Shown here piece after piece: positions 9,693 through 19,940 of a DNA stretch of 64,000 bases. Origin of the DNA: Planctomycetota bacterium (GTDB lineage: Bacteria; Planctomycetota; PLA2; JAEUHO01); the NCBI GenBank assembly GCA_965223505.1, contig CBDCWP010000034.1:32001-96000 (forward strand), in the 5' to 3' direction. Position 1 is the first letter of the stretch. Each line of letters begins with the position of its first letter. The notes under the pieces were generated by a model. The model did no database searches. It was not told the origin of the DNA and saw only the letters and a list, made by a program, of their open reading frames with translations. The position numbers were made by a program, and so were the translations under genes.

Positions 9693-9832
9693 GTCGACCC
9701 ACTGGATGCTTGACGGCGCATCGCCGCCCGTGTGTCCCATTCCTCGACCTCGCACGGTGAGGTCAGTGCGCCATTTGCCGTCCGAAGAACGAACAGAAGA
9801 GCGCTCCGCATCCTCCGTGCAAGTCAGCGCAG

Positions 9833-10645
9833 GTGCTGCATGCGATAGACTTCGCCGGCGTGGGCTCCGTGATCACCATTAATCAGCAGGACGCGATCTT
9901 CACCAGTCGCGGATTGGCTGGGGTGTTGGGAGAGGGGATCGCCGATGCTCTGGAGAACGTCAACCCGGGGTTGCTCGACCAGCTGAAGCATCAGTTGAGG
10001 AACGCGGACAGTGACATGCTGTCGTTCGCCCACCTAAAACCCAATGAGTTCAATGACGTAGTTCTGTCGGTTTTGGCACACGCCGACCGTCTCGTCGTTG
10101 ACCACGTAGCTCCCGACGCACTGAACCCGCTGTTCTTCGATCGCTACTGTGAGCTTGTGCTCGACTTTGAGAATCGGGTGCTTCGAGACCCTCGCCTGCG
10201 TGAGGTCAAGGAGCTTGCCCTGCTACGCCGGGGGCGTGGCAGTAGACGCTCCGGTTCACACTCACCAAGCGACGAAGAAGTAGCGGTTGCATTCACACGC
10301 TTTGTCGCCGGATTTGGAGAGCGGAAGCGCCTACGAATGCTGACGGCGATGGCTTGTGCGCGGGTGCGACCAACTGCGTTCAAAATTGCGGTTGAGCGAT
10401 TGTCCCGCGAAGATCCCTCCAACTGCGTACGGAATTTCGCAAGAGGCGTTCTCAAGGGCCGTTGGTGGTTCCGACTCAGGCACTTGAGCGATGTGACGAC
10501 CGCCTGGCGTCTCGTTGGAGCCGTCGTGCTCATGGCATTCGGTGTCTGGGGCGCGTTCATCTTGCCGCCGGGATCGGTTCTGTGGTGGATGTGCGCGGCA
10601 ATGGTCGTAGCGCCGCCGGTTTGGCGGCTGTGTGGCAAGGTGTGA
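9833..10645 (+). CDS. Hypothetical protein with two C-terminal TM helices
   Basis: 270-aa ORF with visibly more A/T-ending codons than neighbours; start uncertain. Confidence 0.5.
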   Translation: MLHAIDFAGVGSVITINQQDAIFTSRGLAGVLGEGIADALENVNPGLLDQLKHQLRNADSDMLSFAHLKPNEFNDVVLSVLAHADRLVVDHVAPDALNPLFFDRYCELVLDFENRVLRDPRLREVKELALLRRGRGSRRSGSHSPSDEEVAVAFTRFVAGFGERKRLRMLTAMACARVRPTAFKIAVERLSREDPSNCVRNFARGVLKGRWWFRLRHLSDVTTAWRLVGAVVLMAFGVWGAFILPPGSVLWWMCAAMVVAPPVWRLCGKV

Positions 10646-10688
10646 TTCTGGATTCGAGTTTGCCCAGCGCCGTTGCCGTGCCCGCCGA

Positions 10689-10758
10689 CATACGGTACCG
10701 GGTTCTTTCTTTCGGCCACGCCATGCGTTCGCGGCGATCCGGCCAACGAAACCGGCGG
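10689..10758. repeat. GTACCGGG palindromic element, copy 1
   Basis: catacggtaccgggttctttctttcggccacgccat matches the reverse complement of 53759-53799; degenerate partner arm at 10744-10758. Confidence 0.75.
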
Positions 10759-11089
10759 CGGAGTATTTTCACTCGGAAGATGTCCGACGTTGGAACAAGT
10801 AGTACTCGGGGGTTCCCGGATCCCCGGTTCCCCTGAGAGCGAGGACGTCCTCAGTGAGCACAAACAACGGGAAACGGCGACCCGCAAGATGACCATCTTT
10901 GTACTCCAGGTAGCCCTCCGTGCCGCTATCCAAGCGCCACTTGACGACCAGCCAGTCGAGACGGCCCCCCGTCAATCGCAGTCGGCCTAGGCCGAGCGTG
11001 TGGCGCGGTCGGCGATTCGGTTCATGCGGGCCAAGTGAGCGCCTTGCCGATCGCAGGGAGAGCTAGGCGGCGCCATACAATGCCCGCCT

Positions 11090-11386
11090 GTGAAGCACTA
11101 CGTAGGGAACAAGGTCGTGGACCGTCGGTCTCGCCAGCAGCAGAGGGATGTCCTCCTCACGATTGCCATCGTTCTCGGCGTCATACTCCCGCTGCTCGTG
11201 ATATTCGCCGTGCGCAGCGACGAGAAGTGGAAGTGGGTCGCGGCGGCGGTGGAGGTCGGCGCGTGGTTCTTCGTGTGTAGGTGTGGCGTTACGCCGCAGG
11301 GGAGAGCGCGCAAGTGGAAGCGGCGCCATAGACGACGGGCCATGAATGCCGCTGATAAGAGCGCGAAGGCTAGAGAGCCCGGGTAG
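11090..11386 (+). CDS. Small two-TM membrane protein
   Basis: Two hydrophobic helices; TACAAT 8 nt before GTG. Confidence 0.55.
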   Translation: MKHYVGNKVVDRRSRQQQRDVLLTIAIVLGVILPLLVIFAVRSDEKWKWVAAAVEVGAWFFVCRCGVTPQGRARKWKRRHRRRAMNAADKSAKAREPG

Positions 11387-11429
11387 AGTTGCCTTTGCCC
11401 GATACCGGTAGTCATTCACTCCGCAGCAG

Positions 11430-11800
11430 ATGCAAGATGCGCCAGTGGACCCCAAGCTCGACTTCCCTTGCAGAGTCGTCTGCATCAGCGACCGGGCCTA
11501 CCTTGCCAGCGACGAGGAGGGGAACTTGCGCGCGCCTGGCCCGAACGACCGGCTGAGCGTGTGCTGACGGTCGGGAAGGTCTACGAAGTAGTCGGCGAGC
11601 ACCTCGGGATGTACGCGATCATCGATGACACTGGCGAGAGTTTCTTCCCCAAGAGCCGCTTCCGCCACGTCTCCGCGCTCCCCCGAGAGCGGCAAGTAGC
11701 GCCACCCTACCGCCCGAGATGTACTGCTGAACGGAAGACGGAATCTTGCCCCGGTGGTCCGCGTCCCACGTGCGCCGGAGCAGGAACATGTGCACAGTAA
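11430..11800 (+). pseudogene. Frameshifted small SH3-like hypothetical gene
   Basis: Frame from 11430 (FPCRVVCISDRAYLAS..., TGA at 11565) continues in another frame as LTVGKVYEVVGEHLGMYAIIDDTGESFFPKSRF; meaningful similarity probably ends near 11670. Confidence 0.5.
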
Positions 11801-12076
11801 TGGCGCTCCTCCGTCTACTGGTCTCGTCCCTACTGGTTGTGCTCGGCTCCGTCTGTGGGGCTGGTGGGCGCTTCAATCGATTGCCGGCATTGCTGGCGGG
11901 CTCCTCTACGGTCTCCCCGCGGGCTCGCATTTCGGTGGTTACCCCTACGAGCGGGGCCATCCTGGGCTTCTACCGGCTAACTGAGCGGTGGGAAACCGTC
12001 GTGGAGTAGCCTTCGCCCGAGAGCAGCGAGTAGCGCGACCTCGTACCTGCGCTCGTGTGTCCGTAAGATGCGGCGC

Positions 12077-12373
12077 ATGTCTGAGCCCTGGGAGTCCCTC
12101 CGCGTTGGCGACCGCATCCGCATTGTGCAGATGCCCAGCGGCGTCGACGCGCCGGGCTACGTCTTCTCGCGCTGCACGCGGTGGCTCTACGAGAAGCTCA
12201 TCGAGCGAGGCCGTTCACTGCGCATCGCCGAGATCGATGAGTACGGCCTTCCGTGGATTCACTGCAGGTTCCGGCAGGCTGACCAGACGTGGGAACACCA
12301 CTTTCTCGCCGTGAACGACGACAGTTGGGTGCAAGTACGGCACCGCCGCGACCGGAAGACCAGCGCCCGCTGA
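12077..12373 (+). CDS. Small hypothetical protein
   Basis: MSEPWESLRVGDRIRIV...IAEIDEYGLPW...EHHFLAVNDDSW; GC3-rich codons; TAAGAT 7 nt before ATG. Confidence 0.7.
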   Translation: MSEPWESLRVGDRIRIVQMPSGVDAPGYVFSRCTRWLYEKLIERGRSLRIAEIDEYGLPWIHCRFRQADQTWEHHFLAVNDDSWVQVRHRRDRKTSAR

Positions 12374-12494
12374 CGCCACGGCTCCGCGAGATTCGCGCAT
12401 CGGGCATGGTGTTCCGCAGCGTCTCGGTCAAGCCTCGGGCTCGACGTGGCGGCGGATGCTATCCTCACCCTACTGGTCTTGCAGGGGTGTCAAC

Positions 12495-13505
12495 ATGCCG
12501 TCGCGCGCCGTCTGGATCGTCGTTCTTCTCGTCCTCGTAGCGCCCCCGGCCCGCGCGGATGAAGCGTTCAAGGTGGGGTTGACAGTTACGAAGTCACTCG
12601 TCGTCGAGCGCACGTGGGTCTTCTGCGACGAAGAGACACTCGGCGCGTTCGCCATCGGCAAGAGCGGTGAACGAACGGTCTGGGTGAAGTTCAAGATCCC
12701 GTTTCGTTGGGCGATCGCAAGCCACGTCAAGCCGGGCACCCAGCTGGACTTCCGCGGCAAGGTGAAGGGCCCGCGAATCGGCGAGATCGACGCCGTTCAG
12801 GTCGACGACGCCGAGCTGATTGCCGTCGGCGGCCGGCCGCTTGCAAAGCTCGGCGCGGGCGTCGACTACGCGTCGTTTCGGGACGGGGTCTTCGACACCC
12901 GTCTCGCGCAAAGCAAGCGACTCGAGAACTGGAATGCGCTCAAAGGCAAGCGATTTACCGACGTCGGTGTCGTGCGGCGTGTCAAGGATGACGGGAAGTC
13001 GCTGGAGCTGGATTTCGTGTCCGGCGCCGGTACGCACGGTCGAATTACCATCGGTCGTCGACTCAGCGACGATGAGGTGACGAACCAGTACCTGCCACAG
13101 GCGCACGTCCTGGTGGCGGGTATCATCGAGGACTACGTGTTCCGCACCAAGACCGTCGTGGTCAAGGGGACTGACACAGCGGCGATTCCCAACAAGACGG
13201 GGGTCTGGCCGGAGGGGCAGGGAGCGACTCGGGGTCGAGCGCACGTCATGGGCGTCGGCGACATCTGCGAGGCGACCGATGAGATCGCCCTCTTCAGGGA
13301 CATGGAGTTCACCACCAAGATGGAGGCGCGCGAGAAGCTCGTCGGCACCCTCGCGAAGGGCGAGCGGTTCGAGATTCGGCGCTCCGACGGCTTCTTCGAG
13401 GTGGACTTCTTCATCGTGAGCCACAAGAACCCTCAGCTGCGGGGCTGGGCAAGCAAGGCGCTCGTCGAGAAGGCCGCCAAGATCGTTCGTGCAGGCGGCG
13501 CGTGA
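12495..13505 (+). CDS. Secreted hypothetical protein (OB-fold-like segments, C-terminal SH3-like)
   Basis: Signal peptide ending ARA-DE; beta-rich; C-terminal LRGWAS; domain calls are tentative. Confidence 0.7.
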   Translation: MPSRAVWIVVLLVLVAPPARADEAFKVGLTVTKSLVVERTWVFCDEETLGAFAIGKSGERTVWVKFKIPFRWAIASHVKPGTQLDFRGKVKGPRIGEIDAVQVDDAELIAVGGRPLAKLGAGVDYASFRDGVFDTRLAQSKRLENWNALKGKRFTDVGVVRRVKDDGKSLELDFVSGAGTHGRITIGRRLSDDEVTNQYLPQAHVLVAGIIEDYVFRTKTVVVKGTDTAAIPNKTGVWPEGQGATRGRAHVMGVGDICEATDEIALFRDMEFTTKMEAREKLVGTLAKGERFEIRRSDGFFEVDFFIVSHKNPQLRGWASKALVEKAAKIVRAGGA

Positions 13506-13571
13506 GCAAATCCGCACGACCGAACCGCCTCTTCCATGCACCCATACGACTCGGCGCGACCGGATCTCGTC

Positions 13572-14294
13572 CTAGACGAGCTCGTCGGCGAGGGCGTCGA
13601 GCAGACTACCGCCGTCGCCCCTCCACGCGGATCCGTGCATGCAGGCAAGGACCTGCGGTCGCGTGTCGATCAGCTTGTCGAAGAGCGCGCGCGCGTTCTT
13701 CGTGTGCGAGTAGTAGTCCATGTTTGCCTGCATGGCGAGCGACGGACCGAGGATGTCCCGTTCGGTCACGGGAGCGTGCTCCTGGCCGCCCTGCGTGAAC
13801 AGGTCACCGCAGAGCAGCGTCCGCGTTTTCGCCTCGAACAAATACCCGCATTCCCAGCCGTGAGGCAGGTGAGGCGTGTCGAGCCAGCGCAGGCGGTGGC
13901 GGCCGACATCGAGCTCCTCGCCATCGGCCATTGCACGCGCCGGCCGATCCGCCACGTCGTCGATCGAGACCATCGCGGCGATCCGGCTGCAGAGCGGCAC
14001 CGCGTTGGGTGCGGCAGCGAGGAACTCGTTCATCGCCCCGCACTCGTCGGCTTCGAAGTGCGAAAGGCCCACATACCGCAAGCGTTCGAGCGGCAGCACC
14101 CTGCTCACGGCCTCGGAGACGAGCGGGAACAACTTGCGCGGTCCAGTATGAAAGAGCACCGGCTCCTCGTCGTCGATCAGGTACTGGTTGAACGTGAATC
14201 CACCAGGGATCGCCTCCGGGGGGATTGGCGTGCTGATGCGATAGATGCCGTTTGTGATCTCGTCGACCCGCGTACTGCTTGTGTTCGTCGTCAT
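13572..14294 (-). CDS. MBL-fold metallo-protein (FprA/ODP-like di-iron domain)
   Basis: FNQYLI, FHTG, SHFEADECG, TPHLPHGW, CGDLF, ACMHG. Confidence 0.85.
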   Translation of the reverse strand: MTTNTSSTRVDEITNGIYRISTPIPPEAIPGGFTFNQYLIDDEEPVLFHTGPRKLFPLVSEAVSRVLPLERLRYVGLSHFEADECGAMNEFLAAAPNAVPLCSRIAAMVSIDDVADRPARAMADGEELDVGRHRLRWLDTPHLPHGWECGYLFEAKTRTLLCGDLFTQGGQEHAPVTERDILGPSLAMQANMDYYSHTKNARALFDKLIDTRPQVLACMHGSAWRGDGGSLLDALADELV

Positions 14295-14298
14295 GTGT

Positions 14299-14400
14299 AC
14301 ACGGTACCGGGTTTCCTGCCTCAGCTACACCCATGGGGCGTTCGCTGGATCGGGCCTACCCCGGATATCGAGCGCTCGAGAGAAACCCGGTACGGTATTG
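14299..14400. repeat. GTACCGGG palindromic element, copy 2 (inverted pair filling the intergenic gap)
   Basis: acacggtaccgggtttcc (14299-14316) ... gagaaacccggtacggtattg (14380-14400). Confidence 0.75.
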
Positions 14401-14404
14401 CGGA

Positions 14405-16255
14405 CTAGCGCAGGGCGACCACGAGCACGTCCTGCTGTGCCTGCGCGATGTTCGCCTGGTTGAAGAGCACGGCGCCTCGGCCCAGGGCATCCACTTCGAT
14501 CGCGAGCCCCGACACGTTGATGCCCGGGATCGCCGCCGAGAGCGGCTCGTCGGGACCGGACGTCGCGTCCGATGCGAGGCGGCGCATCGCCACGTGACTG
14601 CCCTGGCTCGGGTCGAGCGGGTCGTTGTGCACGGTATAGGCGACGAAGCCGCCCCCGCCGGCATCGATCGTCACACTCGGTGTCAGCTGCGGCCCGGCAG
14701 TCAGGGGCGTCGGCTCCGACGGCAGGTCGGCCGCCGACCATGCAACCGTGTGCAAGAACGACGGCCCGGCACTGAACAGCACGATCAGCAGGTCGCCACG
14801 TGCATTCGCAGCCACCGTCCCGAGGCCACGATCGCCCAGGCCGGCGCCCAGAGGCTCCGCTGGTCCGAAGCCGGTGGCCGGATCCAGGCGCGAACCGAAG
14901 GCGCTATGAGAGCCCTGCACGTCCTGCTCGGTCCAGAGCACGACACCGCTCTGCGCCGCCCCGGTCGCTCGCAACCGAGAGATGGAGAGCGCCTCGCCGA
15001 GCACTCGAGCACCGCTCCACTGCGGTGTCGTCGGCGTTCCGAAGACGGCCAGGACGCTCTCTGTCTGTCCGAGTGCATCGACCTCTTGCCAAGCGACGAC
15101 GGCCTCTCCGTTGGCGTCGACGGTCGACGACGTGACGCTGGGGACGTCACCGGGCCGATTCTCGAGAGGCACCGGGGCAAGGGAGGTGGCGTTCGAGATG
15201 CCGGCCGCCATGACGGTGAAGTCGAACACGCCGACCTCGTCGACCCAGGCGATGACGCCGCTGCCGTTCTCGTTCATCGCGAGCGAGAGTCCGAGCGCCG
15301 GCAGCCCGCTGCTCAGATCGTCGACGAGAAGGGGGCCGGTGGGGCTGCTTCGCACCGCCCGACGCACCAGCGCGTCGCCGCCGATCACCGGCTCTTCGAG
15401 CCACGTGATGACGCTCGCTCCCGTGCTGGTGACTGCGGGGATGGGCCGGCCGGCGCCACGCGTCAGCGCGTCCTCGAGCGGCTGCACGTCCCATGTGAGC
15501 GTCGTGGGATCGAAGAACGCCGCATAGGCGTCCGGCCCGGCCGGCGTGACGACGCGCCACACCGCCGTGGCATGTCCGTTCGCGGCCACCGCAAGCGAGT
15601 TCGGCGCGACGTTCAATGTTGCGGGAGCCGACTGGAGAAGCTCGGGCATCCCGGTCGGCAGTCCTTCCTCGAACCGCTGGGCGACGATGTCTCGACCACC
15701 GGGAACCAGCCGAACGTACAAGGCGACGCCGCTCCCGTCCCGCGCGAGCCGAAATGCAACGGCCCCGGTGATCTCGGGATCCGTCTCGAGCGGCGAAGGT
15801 GGAAGCGCCACCGCCGACCGCGTGTCGAATGCGAAGACGAAGGGGTTTTGACGCTCGTTGGCCTGCAGGTCGCGCACGCCCGCGGCGAGGGTGACTTGCG
15901 TTCTCGCCGCGAAGCGAAGCGGTAGCTGTGGCGTGAACACCACGGTGCGGTCGTTGTCTTCGAACGTGATCGTGCCGTCGATCGGCGCGTTGTCGGTGGC
16001 AGCGGTCAGTGTGCCGGGCTGCACGCTGGTCGTGTCGATCGGTACCGCAAACCTCAGTCGGATCGCCGTGGTCGGGTCGATGCCGACCGCGTCGACGGCG
16101 GGATCCACCGAGACGATGCGCGGGTCTTCGCCGTCGTTGACCACAGACTCGATGTCGGCCCCTCCGCCTCCGCCGCCGCATCCGCAAAGGCACATGAGGA
16201 ACATCGGCAGGCAAGCGAACATGAGGGCGGCGCGCAGGATGCGGGGAAGGATCAT
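14405..16255 (-). CDS. Lipoprotein with Ig-like (Big_5) domain and beta-propeller-like repeats
   Basis: Signal plus lipobox-like LCGC then poly-Gly; PRIVSVDP...IRLRFAVPID...VVFTP; AGGAG upstream. Confidence 0.8.
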   Translation of the reverse strand: MILPRILRAALMFACLPMFLMCLCGCGGGGGGADIESVVNDGEDPRIVSVDPAVDAVGIDPTTAIRLRFAVPIDTTSVQPGTLTAATDNAPIDGTITFEDNDRTVVFTPQLPLRFAARTQVTLAAGVRDLQANERQNPFVFAFDTRSAVALPPSPLETDPEITGAVAFRLARDGSGVALYVRLVPGGRDIVAQRFEEGLPTGMPELLQSAPATLNVAPNSLAVAANGHATAVWRVVTPAGPDAYAAFFDPTTLTWDVQPLEDALTRGAGRPIPAVTSTGASVITWLEEPVIGGDALVRRAVRSSPTGPLLVDDLSSGLPALGLSLAMNENGSGVIAWVDEVGVFDFTVMAAGISNATSLAPVPLENRPGDVPSVTSSTVDANGEAVVAWQEVDALGQTESVLAVFGTPTTPQWSGARVLGEALSISRLRATGAAQSGVVLWTEQDVQGSHSAFGSRLDPATGFGPAEPLGAGLGDRGLGTVAANARGDLLIVLFSAGPSFLHTVAWSAADLPSEPTPLTAGPQLTPSVTIDAGGGGFVAYTVHNDPLDPSQGSHVAMRRLASDATSGPDEPLSAAIPGINVSGLAIEVDALGRGAVLFNQANIAQAQQDVLVVALR

Positions 16256-16389
16256 CTGAGGTCTCCTCTGGGCCCTACGAGTGGGCCCCTAGGAGCGGAA
16301 CTCCCATTCGTCCTTTCAATTCGTCGCCCGCGCTCGGTTTTCGTCCAATGGGGATCCCCGGTGTCGAACGACCTCGTACACGACGGCGC

Positions 16390-17291
16390 TCAGCGGCCTT
16401 CGACGCGAGCGGGCGATCGCTGCGGCCGCGGGGAACGGTGCGCCTTCGCACCCGCCCCGCGAGCGGCCGGCAACGGATCGAGCAGCGACTCGTCGACGAA
16501 CGCGATGCGAATCAACGCCCCGAACAGCCACGCCCCGGCCGCGCGTGACAGGACGCGCTTGGTTAGGAAGGCGAAGAACCTGTACTGCCAGCCGGCGACG
16601 ACGGAAGGCCGGCGTCCCAGATGCCGCAGGCCCGTTCGAGCGACACGATCCGGCCGCAGCTGGAACATGCCCACGCGACGGAAGTCGATCGCCTTTCGCA
16701 AGCGGCCACCATGGGCGTCTTCGTCAACCCGGGCGACAAGCACAGGACGTCGACGCCGTGGGGCCGCAGCTCGTAGTAGAGGGCCTCCGCCAGATGGACC
16801 TGGTGGGCCTTGCCGGCTGCGTAGTTGGCCAGGTGCGGCACGCCCTGGTAGCCGATGCTCCCCGAGACGAACAGGACTCCACCGCGCCCGCGCTCGGCGA
16901 AACGTCGCCCGAACCGCTGAGCCAGCTCCGTCGGCGCCGTGACGTTCAACTCGATGACGTCGCGAAGCTCTGCAGGCGTGTGTCGTACGAATGCGCCGCG
17001 CTGCTCGGCGGCCGCGTTGTTGATCAAGAGGCCGACATCGAGGCTCCGGGTCTCGAGGTCGAGGGCTTCTCGGGCGTCCGACCGCTTCAGGTCGAGCGCG
17101 ACAACGCGCGTCTGCACGCCGAATTCGCGGCGAAGCTCGCTCGCAACGCCGTGCAGCGTCGTCTCCGAGCGCGACACCAGCACGACGTTCATCTTCGCCT
17201 GCGCCAGCATCCGCGCGAAGCTCTTGCCGATTCCGGACGAGGCGCCGGTCACGACGGCCCAGCTTCCGTACTTCTCGGTGAGTGATTGCAT
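16390..17291 (-). pseudogene. SDR family oxidoreductase with frameshift near 16705
   Basis: TGASSGIG, NNAA, YAAGK, PGLTKT; the natural C-terminus (RLRKAIDF...PDRVARTGLRHLGRRPSVVAG) is in the 16390..16743 frame. Confidence 0.75.
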
Positions 17292-17626
17292 CTCGAGTCT
17301 CCTGATTGCGTGCATGCCTCGAAGCGGCGTGAGCTGTGGCCGAAGGCAGGCGGGTGTCGGTCTCGACCTGATGGGCGTGAGGAGCGTCCTCACGATGTGA
17401 GGCGAGCGGTCGCTTCGTCTCGCGAACTCACCGTCGATGACCGGTGTTGCGACGGGCGTGGAGGGGTCGAGTGGACGCGGGACCCGGCGGCGTCCTCCGC
17501 GCTTCGCGGATCGGCTATCCTGCCGTCGTGGATGCCGAGAGACTGCGGTGCATCCTGGACCTCGTGTGAACACCAACGAACCCGAGCTGGAAGCGCTACT
17601 CGACGAGCCAGAGGAAGGAGCCCGAC

Positions 17627-19015
17627 ATGACGACGATCGCCCGCCTGGCAGAGCAGGAGCTAGGAGGATCGCTGCGCGGCGCGGTCTTGACACCCGACGG
17701 CCGTGGCTATGAGGCCGCCCGCTTGGTATGGAACGCAATGATCGACCGGCGCCCGGCTGCGATCGCCACCTGCGTGGGCACGGCGGACGTCATGGCCTGT
17801 ATGCGGCTCGTCACCAAGCATGACCTGCCCTTCACGATCCGTGGCGGCGGGCACAACATCGCCGGATTGGCCGTGCAAGACGACGCCCTGATGATCGACC
17901 TGTCGAACATGCGCGGCGCCTGGGTCGATCGTTCCCAACAGACCGTCAATGCGCAGCCCGGCGCCACCCTCGGTGACATCGATCGGGAGACCCAGCTGTA
18001 CGGACTGGCCGCCGTACTGGGGTTCGTCTCCAACACGGGTGCGACGGGGCTGACGCTCGGCGGCGGCCTGGGGTACCTGACACGCCGCTATGGTTGGACC
18101 TGCGACAACGTGCGCTCGTTCGACATGGTGACGGCCGAGGGCGACCTCGTTCGCGCCAGCGCGGAGGAGAACGCGGATCTGTTCTGGGCGCTCCGTGGCG
18201 GGGGCGGAAACTTCGGCGTGGTGACCAACACGGAGCACAGGCTCTACCCGGTCGGCCCCGAGATCACGGGCGGGATGATCGCATGGCGCTTGGAAGACGT
18301 TTCCGCCGTCCTCGACTGTTACCGGGACGTCGTCGCGACGGCCCCGCCCGAGCTGACCTGCGCGTGCATGATCCGACGTGCGCCGCCGGCCCCGTGGTTG
18401 CCGACCGAGATGCACGGCGAGCTGATCGCCGGGCTGCTGGTCTGTCACACCGGGACCGAGGAGCAGGCAGCGCGGGACCTGGAGCGGATCAAGCAGCTCG
18501 GAGAGCCTGTCGGAGACGTGGTCCGGCGCTGTTCGTACGAGCAGCAACAGAGCATATTGGACAGTGGCCAGCCGAACGGGCGCCGCTACTACTGGAAGTC
18601 CGAGTATCTGTCGGGGCTCGAGCCCGAAGCGCTCGAGGTGTACCGCAGTCACGGCGAGCGGGTGACCTCGCCTCATAGTGCGGCGATCTTGTTCCCCGTC
18701 GACGGCGCGCTCAACGACCTGCCCGACGACCACTCCCCCATGGGGAATCGCGACGCCAAGCTGGTCCTCAACCTGACGGCTTCCTGGGAGGACCCGGCCG
18801 AGGACGCGAGCCACATCGACTGGGCTCGCAACGCGTGGGAGGACATGCGTCCGTTCTCGACGGGCGGAACCTACATCAACTTCCTCAATGAAGAGGACGG
18901 CGAGGACCGCATTCGGGCCGCGTACGGAAGCAACTACGACCGTTTGGCCGAGGTCAAGAGCCGTTGGGATCCCGGCAACCTGTTCAAGGCCAACAAGAAC
19001 ATCGCCCCGGCGTGA
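17627..19015 (+). CDS. FAD-linked oxidoreductase (berberine bridge enzyme / 6-HDNO-like)
   Basis: RGGGHN, GLTLGGG, LFWALRGGGGNFGVVT, YINF, WDPGNLF; AAGGAG RBS. Confidence 0.93.
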   Translation: MTTIARLAEQELGGSLRGAVLTPDGRGYEAARLVWNAMIDRRPAAIATCVGTADVMACMRLVTKHDLPFTIRGGGHNIAGLAVQDDALMIDLSNMRGAWVDRSQQTVNAQPGATLGDIDRETQLYGLAAVLGFVSNTGATGLTLGGGLGYLTRRYGWTCDNVRSFDMVTAEGDLVRASAEENADLFWALRGGGGNFGVVTNTEHRLYPVGPEITGGMIAWRLEDVSAVLDCYRDVVATAPPELTCACMIRRAPPAPWLPTEMHGELIAGLLVCHTGTEEQAARDLERIKQLGEPVGDVVRRCSYEQQQSILDSGQPNGRRYYWKSEYLSGLEPEALEVYRSHGERVTSPHSAAILFPVDGALNDLPDDHSPMGNRDAKLVLNLTASWEDPAEDASHIDWARNAWEDMRPFSTGGTYINFLNEEDGEDRIRAAYGSNYDRLAEVKSRWDPGNLFKANKNIAPA

Positions 19016-19165
19016 GAACCCGGCAGTATGAAGCGGCTGCCGTGCCCGGCGCTCCTGACGCAAGCTCGACGCTCGGAATCAGCGGGTCGGTCGCCATCGG
19101 CGTCGCCTCGGGCTCGGCGACGTTCTCCGACGTCGGTGTGGACGCTTCGAAAACGTGCTTCGACG

Positions 19166-19891
19166 CTACGCGTCCTTGAACTTGCGCTTGTAGCGTGCCG
19201 TGACGATGAAGATCGCCGGCACGCCGATCGCCGTCGGCAGCAACCACGGCACCAACATCGACGCGCCCTCGAGCCGGATCTCCAACAGGCTCGACACGAA
19301 CACCGCTCCCGCCGTGTGCGCCGCGATCCCGCCCGCGATCATCGAAGCCAAGTGCTCGTAGAACCAACGACGGGGCGGCGACTTCGGGGCGCCGACGTAC
19401 CTGCTCGCGGAGATCGTGAGGAAGACGCCGATGGGACTCAAGGCCAACAACAGCGTGCGAAGACCGGTCTGTAGCTTGAGCGCGGTCACGACATCGACGA
19501 TCGCGAACAACATCGGCAGGAACAGGAACGCGCGATACCAACCCGCTCGGAGTACGCCCGGATCGCGCCGCGTCCGCGCCACGCGCCAGCCGTGCACCAC
19601 CGGGACGAGCGTGATCGACCCGAGGTAGAGCAAGAAGACGGCGCCGGCGAGCTGATTCACCGGATCCGTGTTCGCGCCGCCGTCCGTGAACGCGGACCGC
19701 CAACGAACGACCCGCATGCCGGCCATCACCATGCCCGTCATCGCGGCGAAGATCATCCCGGCGCAGAAGCCGCGGCCGAATCCCACGTGGATCCTGCCGC
19801 CCTTCTTCGAGAGCATCGCCGTCCAGAACGCCGGCACACATGCCAGCGCCACCGGTATGTGGACGCTCCTGATGATCTCGTAGACGGTCAC
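19166..19891 (-). CDS. DUF2306-like multi-TM membrane protein
   Basis: H...KKGGRIH..GR and W..EH..SM.GG.IAAHTA motifs; GGAGG before GTG 19891. Confidence 0.7.
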   Translation of the reverse strand: MTVYEIIRSVHIPVALACVPAFWTAMLSKKGGRIHVGFGRGFCAGMIFAAMTGMVMAGMRVVRWRSAFTDGGANTDPVNQLAGAVFLLYLGSITLVPVVHGWRVARTRRDPGVLRAGWYRAFLFLPMLFAIVDVVTALKLQTGLRTLLLALSPIGVFLTISASRYVGAPKSPPRRWFYEHLASMIAGGIAAHTAGAVFVSSLLEIRLEGASMLVPWLLPTAIGVPAIFIVTARYKRKFKDA

Positions 19892-19940
19892 CTGCCCTCC
19901 CGCCGCAAAGCGTACTCGGCGGCAGGCGGTTGCGCTTTGC

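Noticed and set aside
11746..12009. Small ORF MALLRLLVSSLLVVLG...
   Set aside because: No motif and competing frames are equally weak; may be a decayed membrane gene
16690..16720. Programmed ribosomal frameshift in the SDR gene
   Set aside because: No slippery heptamer or homopolymer; a simple indel is more likely
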